From Capsulimonadales bacterium (GTDB lineage: Bacteria; Armatimonadota; Armatimonadia; Armatimonadales; Armatimonadaceae), in the NCBI GenBank assembly GCA_033762295.1, contig JANRLW010000090.1, positions 35,813 to 99,812 of the forward strand: DNA of 64,000 nt, given 5' to 3'. The position numbers and the translations under genes were made by a program. A model generated the notes under the pieces. The model worked only from the letters and a program-made list of their open reading frames with translations. It made no database searches and was not told where the DNA came from. This document shows positions 27,291 to 37,118 of the stretch, in pieces. Positions within the stretch are counted from its first letter, which is position 1. Every line of letters begins with the position of its first letter.

Positions 27291-27743
27291 ATGGACCTGC
27301 GAATTCCGATTCGGCGGCTTCCCGGCGCGGAGGATCTTCCGTTGCCCTCCTACCGGACCGACGGGGCGGCCGGGATGGACCTGTACGCTGCCATCGCCGA
27401 ACCGGTCACCCTGCTGCCCGGAGAGCGCGCCGATGTGCCCACCGGGATCGCGATCGCCGTTCCGGTCGGGTTTGAGGCGCAGGTACGGGCGCGGTCAGGA
27501 TTGGCTTTGCGACACGGGATTGCGCTCGTCAACGCGCCCGGAACGATCGACAGCGATTACCGCGGAGAAATACGGACGCTTCTCGTAAACCTGGGCAGCG
27601 AACCGTTCCTGATCACGCGAGGCGACCGGATCGCCCAGTTGACCGTCGCTCCGGTGGTGCGGGCGATCTGGGAGGAGGGCGAGTCATTGACCGAGACCGA
27701 CCGGGGCGCGAACGGGTTCGGCAGCACGGGGGTACGGGAGTAG
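27291..27743 (+). CDS. dut: dUTP diphosphatase
   Basis: [31 protein letters not shown]. Confidence 0.96.
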   Translation: MDLRIPIRRLPGAEDLPLPSYRTDGAAGMDLYAAIAEPVTLLPGERADVPTGIAIAVPVGFEAQVRARSGLALRHGIALVNAPGTIDSDYRGEIRTLLVNLGSEPFLITRGDRIAQLTVAPVVRAIWEEGESLTETDRGANGFGSTGVRE

Positions 27744-27807
27744 GGCGGGATTCATATCCTGATTCGCGAGGGCGTGTCGGCAATGAGGCGGACCGCAGGA
27801 GTGGACG

Positions 27808-28929
27808 ATGGCAACGGCAATCGATCGAAAGAGACTTCGTGAGGAAGAGGACCTGTCCGTAGGTCCTCTGCTGGCCCGCGCCAAGCTGTTTCGCATCCGG
27901 CAGCAATGGGATGAGGCGATTGCCGCCTGTACGGACGCGCTTCGAAAGTTCCCTCTGTCGGTGACCGCCTGCTCTCTTCTCGGCGAGATTTACGAGGCGC
28001 AGAAACGTCCGGAGGATGCCGCCCAGTGGTATGCGATGGCACTGGAACGGGACCCGGAGAGCGAGTCGGACCGGGCCGGACTGGAACGGATGACGGCCGC
28101 GCAACGGGCGAAGCAGTCCTCTTCGGTGGCGTTAAAACCGGCGAACCCCGCTCCCGTCACGCCGAAACCGGTCACGGAAAAGACGCTGGAATGGTTCGAT
28201 CGTCTGTTCCCGCCCGGGGACAGCCGCAGCATCGCGCGGATGCTGTACGCCGTCAGCGGAATCATTGTCTGCGTTCTTCTCGTGATTGCCGTGGGAGCCA
28301 GTGCGTTTTTCAGAAGTCCGGCCCGCCGTGGCGGAAGCGATCTGCCTCTGCCGGGAACGGCCGTCACGGAACTGCCCGCCCCGCCGACGCCCGTCGTGGT
28401 GTTGCCCAATGCGGCTTCCACTCCGTCCGGTGCGGTTGTTCCCGCGATGCGCCCCTCGCCGTTGCCGTCCGCTCCGCCGCCGTCCGCTTCGTCATCGCCG
28501 ACGCCTCCCGGCACCTTCCCGGCCTCTCCGATGACGAAGAACGACCGGCAACTCAAGGATGCCCTTAACGGGCTTTTGCAGGGACCGTTCGCCGTGGAGC
28601 ATTTGAACCGAAGCGACGGCGGAACGCGGATCCGTCTGGATGTTCTCGTTCCTGCCGGTGAGAACCCGGCGGCATCTGCGGAACTCGCGTTGCGTGCCAC
28701 CGGACACGCCGCCAAACTGGCTGCAATCTCCGATAATGCATTGCGAACCGCGACCGTTCAGGCATACGTTCGAAGCGGTGAGTCCGTTTTACCTGTCTTT
28801 TCGGGGGACCTGTCGCTGGCCGATCTGCGAAATATCGAACCGCTCCAGGCGCGATACGGGGAACTGATCGGACTTTTTACCCGGGCGAACTGGCAGGGTC
28901 CGCTCGCCGGACCGGAACCGGGGAATTAG
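27808..28929 (+). CDS. TPR-containing bitopic membrane protein with a Pro-rich linker
   Basis: N-terminal TPR-like helices, one TM, Pro/Ser/Thr-rich linker, C-terminal domain. Confidence 0.75.
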   Translation: MATAIDRKRLREEEDLSVGPLLARAKLFRIRQQWDEAIAACTDALRKFPLSVTACSLLGEIYEAQKRPEDAAQWYAMALERDPESESDRAGLERMTAAQRAKQSSSVALKPANPAPVTPKPVTEKTLEWFDRLFPPGDSRSIARMLYAVSGIIVCVLLVIAVGASAFFRSPARRGGSDLPLPGTAVTELPAPPTPVVVLPNAASTPSGAVVPAMRPSPLPSAPPPSASSSPTPPGTFPASPMTKNDRQLKDALNGLLQGPFAVEHLNRSDGGTRIRLDVLVPAGENPAASAELALRATGHAAKLAAISDNALRTATVQAYVRSGESVLPVFSGDLSLADLRNIEPLQARYGELIGLFTRANWQGPLAGPEPGN

Positions 28930-28957
28930 CGCGGTCCCGGGGCGTTCGCATTGTCGT

Positions 28958-29905
28958 CTATTCGGTGATTTCACGGCGGGGTATCGGAACCCGGAGCAGA
29001 TCGAACGCCAGGTGGGACGCCGGGAAAACCCGTTGCGCTTCCTGCAGCAGGTCTTCCAGGCGCAGACCTTCCACGGATTCGTAACGCGGACTGAAATGGG
29101 TGAGGTACAGAGCGGAAACTTCGGCTTCCCGGGCGACGGAGGCCGCGCCCTCGGCCGTCGAATGGGCGGCGCGATCGGCGAGGGCGCGATCGGCTTCGGC
29201 ATAGGTCGCTTCATGGATCAGGATATCCGCCCGGTGCGCCATTTCCACCAGTTCACGGCAATACATTGTGTCGCCGCTCAGGACAATCTTGCGTCCGGGG
29301 CGCGCCGGGCCGATCAGGCCATCCGGCGAGACAACACTGCCGTCCGGAAGAGTGACGGTCTGTCCGGCTTTCAGGCGTCCGAACAGGGGGCCGTCCGGGA
29401 CGCCACGGGCACGGGCGGCGGCGACATCGAAACGTCCCGACCGGGGTTTCTCGACAACGGCATAGGCGTAAGCCTCGATCCGGTGCCGAACCGGCGCCGC
29501 CCGGACAAGGTATTCGTCGTCCTCAAAGACAATACCGGGGCGCACCGTCTTCATTTCGACCGGGAAGCCGAATCGCATACCGCTGGCGCGCAGCGATACG
29601 CGAACATAATCGCCGAGTCCTTCCGGACCGTACAGGGTTACCGGGGAGGTGCCTCCCTGCGCCAGAGCGCGGGTGGCGAGCAGACCGAGAACGCCGAAAA
29701 GATGGTCGCCGTGCAGGTGGGTGATGAACAGGCGGGTCAATTGAGAAAGCCGCACCTGGGGCGCGCGAAGAATCTGGTGCTGCGTGCCCTCTCCGCAGTC
29801 GAAAAGCCAGAGTTCGCCGCGCTCCGTCAAAACGAGCGCGATGCCGGAGACGTTGCGGGTTCGCGAAGGCGCGCCGGAACCGGTACCAAGGAACGTGATT
29901 TCCAC
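28958..29905 (-). CDS. rnz: Ribonuclease Z
   Basis: FLGTGSG, FDCGEGTQ, THLHGDH, exosite arm, HEAT, THFSPRY. Confidence 0.95.
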   Translation of the reverse strand: MEITFLGTGSGAPSRTRNVSGIALVLTERGELWLFDCGEGTQHQILRAPQVRLSQLTRLFITHLHGDHLFGVLGLLATRALAQGGTSPVTLYGPEGLGDYVRVSLRASGMRFGFPVEMKTVRPGIVFEDDEYLVRAAPVRHRIEAYAYAVVEKPRSGRFDVAAARARGVPDGPLFGRLKAGQTVTLPDGSVVSPDGLIGPARPGRKIVLSGDTMYCRELVEMAHRADILIHEATYAEADRALADRAAHSTAEGAASVAREAEVSALYLTHFSPRYESVEGLRLEDLLQEAQRVFPASHLAFDLLRVPIPRREITE

Positions 29906-30029
29906 CCTGTTGCCTGCTTCTCCATGCGATCGGTCGTCACATCGAGATAACGCAATACTTTATCACACAGCAGCAAAGGACTTCCGCATTCGTCCCGAGT
30001 GGCGGCATAATAGGGAGACGGCGAACCTG

Positions 30030-30935
30030 ATGATTTCCAAACCCCAAACCTTGGTTGAAGCTTCTCCGGACCTCCCACCCGGTTTCCCGCCTATCGTGAT
30101 CCAAAAGGGCGGATATCCTGGTGAGGAGGAGATCGTTCGGGAGATCGGTGGAACTTCGTTCATCCAGTCCGGCTATTCTGCGACCGTTCGTATGCCGTTA
30201 CACAGTCACCCCTTTCCGGTTTTACACATCGTATTGGGCGGAAATGTTACCAATCGGTCCCGGCGGAGCGCCGAGGCGTTTGCAGTGGCTCAAGTGGAAT
30301 ATTTACCCGCCAACGTTCCGCACGAAACGCAGTGGCAACGCGGAGGTGCGGGTTTTGCGGTGGCCTTCGAGGGGAGGAAGGCGGAGGAATGGCAGGCATG
30401 GGGAATGCTGCCTGACTCTCCCATAACCTTACCTCCCGGATTGGTTTCCGCGCTGCTGCTCGCCGTTAGACAGGAGGCTCTTTCACCGGACCTTGCCGCC
30501 GTCACCGGAGCGGAAAGTCTGGTCGCCGAAACTCTGGGTGAAATCGCCCGCCGCACACAGCCGGACCACCGAAAAGAAGGGCCCTCCCGTCGATTGCGAC
30601 AGGCGCGCGCGATTCTGCTCGACACTTATAATTCCCTACCGACGCTGGCCGATATTGCCCGTCAGGTCGATGTCCATCCGGTCTATCTCGCCCGAGCCTT
30701 CCGACGGGCATTTGGAGAAACGGTCGGCGATTGTTTGCGACGACGGCGTCTGGAAGTGGCATGCCAGCTCATGGCCGGTTCCTCCTTCCGTCTGAGCGAG
30801 ATCGCCCGGGAAGCGGGATTTGCGGATCAGAGCCATTTGACCAGAACCTTCAAGCAGTATCTCCGTATGACCCCGGTCGATTATCAGCGGACCGTTCAAG
30901 GAACCGGTTCGAAAAAAAGGAGTGATCGGATTTAG
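30030..30935 (+). CDS. AraC-family transcriptional regulator
   Basis: Cupin motif PLHSH; HPVYLARAF; GFADQSHLTRTFK. Confidence 0.9.
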   Translation: MISKPQTLVEASPDLPPGFPPIVIQKGGYPGEEEIVREIGGTSFIQSGYSATVRMPLHSHPFPVLHIVLGGNVTNRSRRSAEAFAVAQVEYLPANVPHETQWQRGGAGFAVAFEGRKAEEWQAWGMLPDSPITLPPGLVSALLLAVRQEALSPDLAAVTGAESLVAETLGEIARRTQPDHRKEGPSRRLRQARAILLDTYNSLPTLADIARQVDVHPVYLARAFRRAFGETVGDCLRRRRLEVACQLMAGSSFRLSEIAREAGFADQSHLTRTFKQYLRMTPVDYQRTVQGTGSKKRSDRI

Positions 30936-30940
30936 TCGAG

Positions 30941-30988
30941 GTTAATCCGGTTCAAGGCATTGCCGCAACGCCTCGTTATACTCGCCTC
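30941..30988 (+). promoter_or_regulatory. Probable AraC-activated leaderless promoter
   Basis: GTTAATCCGGTTCAAG in the -35 zone; TATACT at 30977-30982, 6 nt before ATG 30989; no SD. Confidence 0.55.
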
Positions 30989-33001
30989 ATGCAACATCTT
31001 CTTAAAGTCATCGCCTGTGGCGCGGTTTTCCCGTTTGCTTCCGCCGCACTGATAGGTGGCACGGCCTCTGCCCAAACGGATTCCGGTCCCGCGAAAACAT
31101 ATACTCTTTCCCGTTTTGAGCGCAGTTTTCTGCCCGACACCCCGATTGCCGGTGAATCCGGCTGGCGTCTTTCGGATCGGATGAGACATTACCATGTACC
31201 CGGATTACAGGTTGCCGTTCTGGTCGACGGAAAGATGGTGGCCGCCCGAGGTTATGGCCTGGCGGATCCGTCGCGACGCCGATCCGTCACCGACAGGACT
31301 CTGTTCGATGCCGGTTCCATTTCCAAGGCCGTGACCGCGCTGGCGGTGGTCAAGCTGGCGGATGAGGGGCGCATTTCGCTCGATGCGCCGATCAATACGC
31401 TGCTCCGCTCCTGGCATCTGCCGGAGAATGAGCTCACACGGCAAACGCCGGTCACAGTTCGCCACCTCTTGACACACACGGCGGGAACCAATGTCAGCGG
31501 CTTCTGGGGCTATACCGAGAAACAGGCGCAACCGACGCTGCGGCAGATTCTGGATGGTTTGCCTCCGGCAAGCAATGCACCGATTCGTGTCGAAAATCCG
31601 CCGGGAAAGGCATGGCGGTACTCCGGTGGTGGCTACGTTATCCTTCAGCAGATGCTGGAGGATGTTACCGGAAAGCCGTTTGCGGAAGCCATGGAGGATC
31701 TCGTTCTCCGCCCGCTCGGAATGACCCGGAGCACGTTCGTTCAGGGACTACCGCCCGCATTACGTCGGGATGTCGCCGTTCCGACGTCGGAAGCCTCCTA
31801 TTTTGCCGGACGAAGAGTGCATCCCCACGCCGCAGCGGCCGGGTTGTACACGACCGCGCCCGATCTGGCCCTCTTCGTCGCGGCGCTCTGTCGATCCTAT
31901 CGGGGAGAGACCAATGCATTCCTCTCCCGGGAGATGGCGCGACAGATGGTCGAGCCCACGATTTTGGATCGTGAACCGTGGGACCGCTCGTTTCCCAATC
32001 GACGCAATACGCAAAAGGATCAGGCTCTCGGACTCATGCGGATCAGTCGCAATGGTGCGCCCGGTGAAACCAAATATGCCTATCACGATGGTATCAACGC
32101 CGGGTTTCGCTCCCGCCTGATGTTTCAGCCGAAAACCGGTCAGGGAGTCATCCTGCTCGTGAATTCCGATGGCGATGAGGAGTTTCTCCTGGAAGCCACC
32201 CGGGCAGTCGCGTCTGCGTTCGACTGGAAGGACTGGGTCAGCGACCCGATTCATCCGATTCGGCTGTCTTCTGCCGAACTCGATCGCTACGTCGGACGCT
32301 ACCGACGAAACGCGGATACCGTGGTGACGATCCGCCGGGAGGGGAACCATCTCCTGTGGCAGGACCTCTACACGGCGGCACAACCCGTCTATCCGATCGG
32401 CGAGGGGCGGTTCGAGCATCGGGAACTGTTCGGACGTCCGAGTGTTTTTCTGATGGATAAAACCGTTAATGCGGGCAGAGCGATTTCCCTGGATGGCTGG
32501 CCCCGTCTGCCGGACAGCGCACCGTTTGTGGCCTCGGAGTATCTGCTGGCGGGGAAGTTGTCACAGGGAACGAACGCGTTGCGGGCCGATTCCGCCATCG
32601 ACGGTCAACGTATCTTCGAAATGGCGTTCAATCTTCTGGAGATCCATCGGATGCCGAAAGCGGCGGTGGCTGTTTTTCGGGTCGGAACGGAAAAATCTCC
32701 GGGCGCTCCCGGTGCCTGGGATGCTCTGGGCGATGCGCTGAAGCGTGCCGGTGATCGCATGGGCGGGGAGCAAGCGGAAGCCCGAGCGACACGGTTGCGT
32801 ACGTTCCAGGACCGTCTGAGCCGTGCCTACGAAGAGAATGGCGTGAAGGGTGGCACCGCTGAGTACGCACGATTACGCCGGGAGTTTGGCGCATTGCCGC
32901 TGGGCGATATGCTACGAAGGCTGAGTACGCGCTTTCGAGAGTCGGGGAAAATCGACGAAGCGGATTCCGTGAGCCTTCTGGATCGCCGGGCTCTTCCCTG
33001 A
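30989..33001 (+). CDS. Secreted serine hydrolase (class C beta-lactamase-like) with C-terminal accessory and TPR-like domains
   Basis: SISK (SxxK), LLTHTAG, YSGGGY, HDG. Confidence 0.88.
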   Translation: MQHLLKVIACGAVFPFASAALIGGTASAQTDSGPAKTYTLSRFERSFLPDTPIAGESGWRLSDRMRHYHVPGLQVAVLVDGKMVAARGYGLADPSRRRSVTDRTLFDAGSISKAVTALAVVKLADEGRISLDAPINTLLRSWHLPENELTRQTPVTVRHLLTHTAGTNVSGFWGYTEKQAQPTLRQILDGLPPASNAPIRVENPPGKAWRYSGGGYVILQQMLEDVTGKPFAEAMEDLVLRPLGMTRSTFVQGLPPALRRDVAVPTSEASYFAGRRVHPHAAAAGLYTTAPDLALFVAALCRSYRGETNAFLSREMARQMVEPTILDREPWDRSFPNRRNTQKDQALGLMRISRNGAPGETKYAYHDGINAGFRSRLMFQPKTGQGVILLVNSDGDEEFLLEATRAVASAFDWKDWVSDPIHPIRLSSAELDRYVGRYRRNADTVVTIRREGNHLLWQDLYTAAQPVYPIGEGRFEHRELFGRPSVFLMDKTVNAGRAISLDGWPRLPDSAPFVASEYLLAGKLSQGTNALRADSAIDGQRIFEMAFNLLEIHRMPKAAVAVFRVGTEKSPGAPGAWDALGDALKRAGDRMGGEQAEARATRLRTFQDRLSRAYEENGVKGGTAEYARLRREFGALPLGDMLRRLSTRFRESGKIDEADSVSLLDRRALP

Positions 33002-33047
33002 CGCGTCGGAAAATTGACATAGGGTATTGACCCGAAGGAGAAAGGTA

Positions 33048-33794
33048 ATGTCGACGGGATTCGCGGGCAGGGTTGCGTTGGTGACCGGAGCGAACCGGGG
33101 AATCGGTTATGAGGTTTGCCGTCAACTGGCGGATCAGGGAGTGGTCGTCTATCTGGGCGCACGGGACGCGGCAAAGGGGGAAGCGGCGGCCGCCGAACTG
33201 ACGGCCGGTGGCGGGGACGTCCGGTTCTGCGCGATCGATGTGGCGTCGGACCCCTCGGTGGCGGCTGCAGCCCGATGGATGGACGCCGAAGCCGGGCGGC
33301 TCGATATACTGGTCAACAACGCCGGGATCAATTTCGACGTTCAGGTGCGGACGTCGGAAGCCGATCTCAACACCATCAAGGAGACGCTGGAAACCAACCT
33401 GTTCGGGGCATGGCGAACGACGATGGCCTTTCTGCCGCTGCTCCGGCGGAGCGAACACCCGCGCATCGTCAACGTCTCCAGTGAGGTCGGCGGGTTCGGC
33501 GATACGCCGGGAAGCCCGTTCGGTCTGACGAAGATGGGAGGGGTCCTCCCCGCTTATGCGATCTCCAAGACCGCTTTAAACGCACTGACGGTCAAACTGG
33601 CGCTGGACCTGAAAGAGAGCGGTGTGCTGGTCAACGCGGTCTGTCCGGGGTTTACCGCCACCGCACCGGGCACGGCGGAGATGGGGGCGCGACCCGTGCG
33701 GGAAGGGGCCGAAGGAATCGTCCGGGCGGCGCTTCTTTCCGACGATGGCCCGACCGGCGGATTCTTCCGCGACGGGCAACCGTTGCCCTGGTAG
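33048..33794 (+). CDS. SDR carbonyl-reductase-like oxidoreductase
   Basis: TGANRGIG, NNAG, YAISK. Confidence 0.9.
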   Translation: MSTGFAGRVALVTGANRGIGYEVCRQLADQGVVVYLGARDAAKGEAAAAELTAGGGDVRFCAIDVASDPSVAAAARWMDAEAGRLDILVNNAGINFDVQVRTSEADLNTIKETLETNLFGAWRTTMAFLPLLRRSEHPRIVNVSSEVGGFGDTPGSPFGLTKMGGVLPAYAISKTALNALTVKLALDLKESGVLVNAVCPGFTATAPGTAEMGARPVREGAEGIVRAALLSDDGPTGGFFRDGQPLPW

Positions 33795-33843
33795 CCGGAA
33801 AAGCCGGCGGGGACACGGTGATGCGTGTCCCCGCTGGACGGGG

Positions 33844-34968
33844 CTATTCGCCGTCGGGGGCGACGAACGTGGTGGTCAGTTCCTGGGTCTGTCCGGTTTC
33901 GGCGGCTTTGTAGCCGGCTTCGATGATCTCGATCACGTGACGGGCATGTTCGGCGGTCGCGATCGACGGAATCCCTTCACGCACCCAGCGAACGAGTTGC
34001 ATCGAGTCCTCGAAAACGTGCATCTCGCCCATGTGGGCGTGGACGGTGCCACGGACATGGTCGGTGAGCTGGATGGCATCGAGGCCGTCGGTTTTGCCCG
34101 GATAGTCGAGGTCCTGACCGTTATGCTTCAGGCCGACGATGCTTCCCTTGCTGCCGTAGAACGACGGCTGGCCGAACTGGGTGTTGCTGCCGGCGAACGT
34201 GCCGTAGACGAAGGAGAAAAGGCTGTCTCCGAAATCGACCAGGATCAGGGTATTGTCGTCGGCGTCACAGGGATACATCTCTCCCCGGAACTCCCGTTCC
34301 CGAATGCCAACCCCGCTCAGAGCGGTGACCCGTTTGGCGGGGCCGAGAACGCCGGTCAGGGTATGGAGTCCGTAGACCGTCATATCGTAGAGCGGGCCGC
34401 CACCGGGTTTGCGCCAGTACCAGGACGGGTTGATATTGGAGAGGACGTCGTCGCCGGTTCGGACGCCTTCATTCTCGTGATAGCTGCCGAACGCCGCCCC
34501 GGTGCTGGCCCAGGCGAGTTTTCCGAGTTCGCCTTCCTGAATCAGGCGTCGGATGCGTTTGTTGGAGGGGCGCAGCATCTGACCCGGCGAGGCGACGATT
34601 TTCACGCCTTTTGCGGCGGCCTCATCGATCAGATGGGTCGCTTCGGCGGTGGTGACGGTCATTGTCTTGTTGAAATGGAGGTGCTTTCCGGCGCGGATGG
34701 CGGCCAGTCCCTGTTCGTAGTGGATGCCGATCGGCGAACAGACGATGATGGCGTCCACGCCGTCATCGTTCAGCAGTTCCTCCAGGGTTTCGTAGGCGTG
34801 GGTGACGCCGTATTTCTCCGCGGCGGCCCGGGCGCGTCCGGGAACCGGGTCACAAACGGCCGCCAGGTGCGTCCGGTCCTTGACGTCGTCCAGGCAGAAG
34901 TGGTCCAATGCGCCCCGAATGCCGATGCTGCCCGCGCCGACAATCCCGAGGCCGACTTTATTGCTCAT
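33844..34968 (-). CDS. Gfo/Idh/MocA-family oxidoreductase
   Basis: IVGAGSIG; GGGPLYDMTVY; NKTM replaces the usual EKP. Confidence 0.88.
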   Translation of the reverse strand: MSNKVGLGIVGAGSIGIRGALDHFCLDDVKDRTHLAAVCDPVPGRARAAAEKYGVTHAYETLEELLNDDGVDAIIVCSPIGIHYEQGLAAIRAGKHLHFNKTMTVTTAEATHLIDEAAAKGVKIVASPGQMLRPSNKRIRRLIQEGELGKLAWASTGAAFGSYHENEGVRTGDDVLSNINPSWYWRKPGGGPLYDMTVYGLHTLTGVLGPAKRVTALSGVGIREREFRGEMYPCDADDNTLILVDFGDSLFSFVYGTFAGSNTQFGQPSFYGSKGSIVGLKHNGQDLDYPGKTDGLDAIQLTDHVRGTVHAHMGEMHVFEDSMQLVRWVREGIPSIATAEHARHVIEIIEAGYKAAETGQTQELTTTFVAPDGE

Positions 34969-35085
34969 AACATCCCTCTTGCAGTTGACAAGTACGCGTA
35001 AGTTCGGCCCTTTCTCCGCCCGTTCCTGCCGTGAGACCCTCGATTTCGACCCGGCGGATCGCCCGCCCCGTGGTAGACTTTCGAC

Positions 35086-35862
35086 ATGAAGGAAAATCGA
35101 TGGGGCCTTGCCGGGCGACGTGCGCTGGTGACCGGCGGGACCAAGGGAATCGGGGAAGCGGTGGCGCAGGAACTGCTATCGCTGGGCGCGCGGGTGACCA
35201 TTGTCGCCAGGAACCCGGACGATGTCGCGGGACGGACGGAGCGTTGGACGGCGGAGGGATACCCGGCGTTCGGGGTCGTCGCCGATGTGGCGACCGCTTC
35301 GGGACGCGCGACGACGCTCGAACAGGCGACCGCCGCGATGGGCGGGATCGATATCCTGATCAATAATGTCGGAACGAACCTGCGAAAGCCGTCTCTCGAT
35401 TTTACCGAGGGGGAGTTCGCCCATATTGTGAACACGAACCTGACGACCGCCTGGGAGATGTGTCGCCTGACCGCGCCCTACCTGGCGCGGGAAAACGGTT
35501 CCGTCGTCAATATCGGGTCGGTCGCGGGCACCGTGTCGGTCGGTTCCGGCGGTCCCTATGCGATCACCAAGGCGGCGCTCGATCAGCTCTGCCGTTATCT
35601 GGCGGTCGAGTGGGCCACCCTCGGAATCCGGGTGAACAATGTCAATCCCTGGTACACGCGGACGCCGCTGGCATCGCCGGTGCTGAACGATACGGAGCGC
35701 GCGGAGCGTATTCTGGCAAGGACGCCGAACGGGCGCATCGCGGAACCGGAGGATGTGGCCGGTCTGGTCGCCTTCCTTTGCCTGCCGGTGGCGCGGCATA
35801 TCACCGGGCAGACGATCGCGGTCGATGGCGGTTTTCTGGCGAACGGGCGCTTCGATCCCTGA
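35086..35862 (+). CDS. SDR, tropinone-reductase-like
   Basis: TGGTKGIG, NNVGTN, YAITK, PWYTRTP. Confidence 0.9.
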   Translation: MKENRWGLAGRRALVTGGTKGIGEAVAQELLSLGARVTIVARNPDDVAGRTERWTAEGYPAFGVVADVATASGRATTLEQATAAMGGIDILINNVGTNLRKPSLDFTEGEFAHIVNTNLTTAWEMCRLTAPYLARENGSVVNIGSVAGTVSVGSGGPYAITKAALDQLCRYLAVEWATLGIRVNNVNPWYTRTPLASPVLNDTERAERILARTPNGRIAEPEDVAGLVAFLCLPVARHITGQTIAVDGGFLANGRFDP

Positions 35863-35874
35863 CCGCCCGCCGGT

Positions 35875-36930
35875 TTAACGTTCGGCGAACCATAAAAGGA
35901 CAAGGCCGGGAACGCCGAAGAGGATGTTCGTGGCCCAGGCGGCCACAAACGGCGGGAGCCATCCGCCGTAACCGACGTATTGCATCAGCAGAAGAGTGTT
36001 CCAGGCGACGAAGACCGTGCCGATCGACAGCATCACCCCCGAAAAGCTCCCGGTCCGGGCGAACCGCAGCGAGAGAGGAACGCCGAACAGGGTAAAGACC
36101 AGGGCCATGGACGGAAGCGCGAGTTTCGTCCAGGCATCCGTTTCGTACGCGATGGCATCCTGCCGGTTACCGAAGCGTTCCGCCTCACGCGCGCGCACAA
36201 TCAGTTCCGAAAACGCGTACTGGATCTGCGCCGAGTCCGGACGTCGGTATAGCGTGGAGAAATCGACCGGCAGACGGATCGTATCCGTGGCCCGTCGCTC
36301 CTCCCCGCTTGTAACTCCCCGGTGGTCGAAGGTAAGCCGGACGACCCCGCGCATCTGCCAGTTTCCGTTCTCGTAGTCCGCCTCCATCGCGGTGGTGACC
36401 CGGGTCGGTGTCCCTTCCCCGGAGGGCGATTCGATCAGCACCACCTTGAAAAGCCGACGTTTGGCGGCGGAAAGACGCTCCGAACCGGAATAGGCGACGG
36501 TGAAGCGGTCGACGGCAAAAGCGTTACCGGAGGCCGTTTCCTCCGCGGCCTGGCCGAAGCGCGCGGTCAACTGTTGCTGTCCCCAGGGAAGGACCCGGTC
36601 GAAGAGAACATAATCGACGACGCTCACCAGGAAGCCGACAACAAAGATCGGCAGAAAGGCGCGATAGAGCGGGGTTCCCGCCGAACGGAGGACGGTGACC
36701 TCGTGATCCCGTGCCATCCGGTTTACCTGCAGGCTGGCGGCCAGGGCGATGGCGACGGGAAGGGTCAGGGAGAGGTACCAGGGAATGCTGTAAGGCAGGT
36801 ACTCCCACGATTCCTGCTGAAAAAGGACGGCAATTCCGACGAGGAGAATCAGGACCGCCAGAGTGCTGACGAGGAAGAAGGTCAGGAGTTCTATCAGAAT
36901 GGAACGATCGGCGATGCGCATCGAATTCAT
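35875..36930 (-). CDS. LptF/LptG-family permease
   Basis: 3 TM - beta domain - 3 TM; EVTVLRSAG; LPPFVAAWATN. Confidence 0.85.
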   Translation of the reverse strand: MNSMRIADRSILIELLTFFLVSTLAVLILLVGIAVLFQQESWEYLPYSIPWYLSLTLPVAIALAASLQVNRMARDHEVTVLRSAGTPLYRAFLPIFVVGFLVSVVDYVLFDRVLPWGQQQLTARFGQAAEETASGNAFAVDRFTVAYSGSERLSAAKRRLFKVVLIESPSGEGTPTRVTTAMEADYENGNWQMRGVVRLTFDHRGVTSGEERRATDTIRLPVDFSTLYRRPDSAQIQYAFSELIVRAREAERFGNRQDAIAYETDAWTKLALPSMALVFTLFGVPLSLRFARTGSFSGVMLSIGTVFVAWNTLLLMQYVGYGGWLPPFVAAWATNILFGVPGLVLLWFAER

Positions 36931-37118
36931 TATGCGGTCCGCCAAACTCGAAGGCAACCGGGAAGGGGTCGAAGGTGTCCGATTTACGGAACTCGCCGTT
37001 GTTTACCCGAATTGCGTAAAGGGAAGTCTGCCGGAATTCGGTAACGTCGGAGAGCGTATATGACGATATAATAAACAGCAAGCGCCGAAAGGCGCCCCGT
37101 CCCGAAAGTTTACCACGG

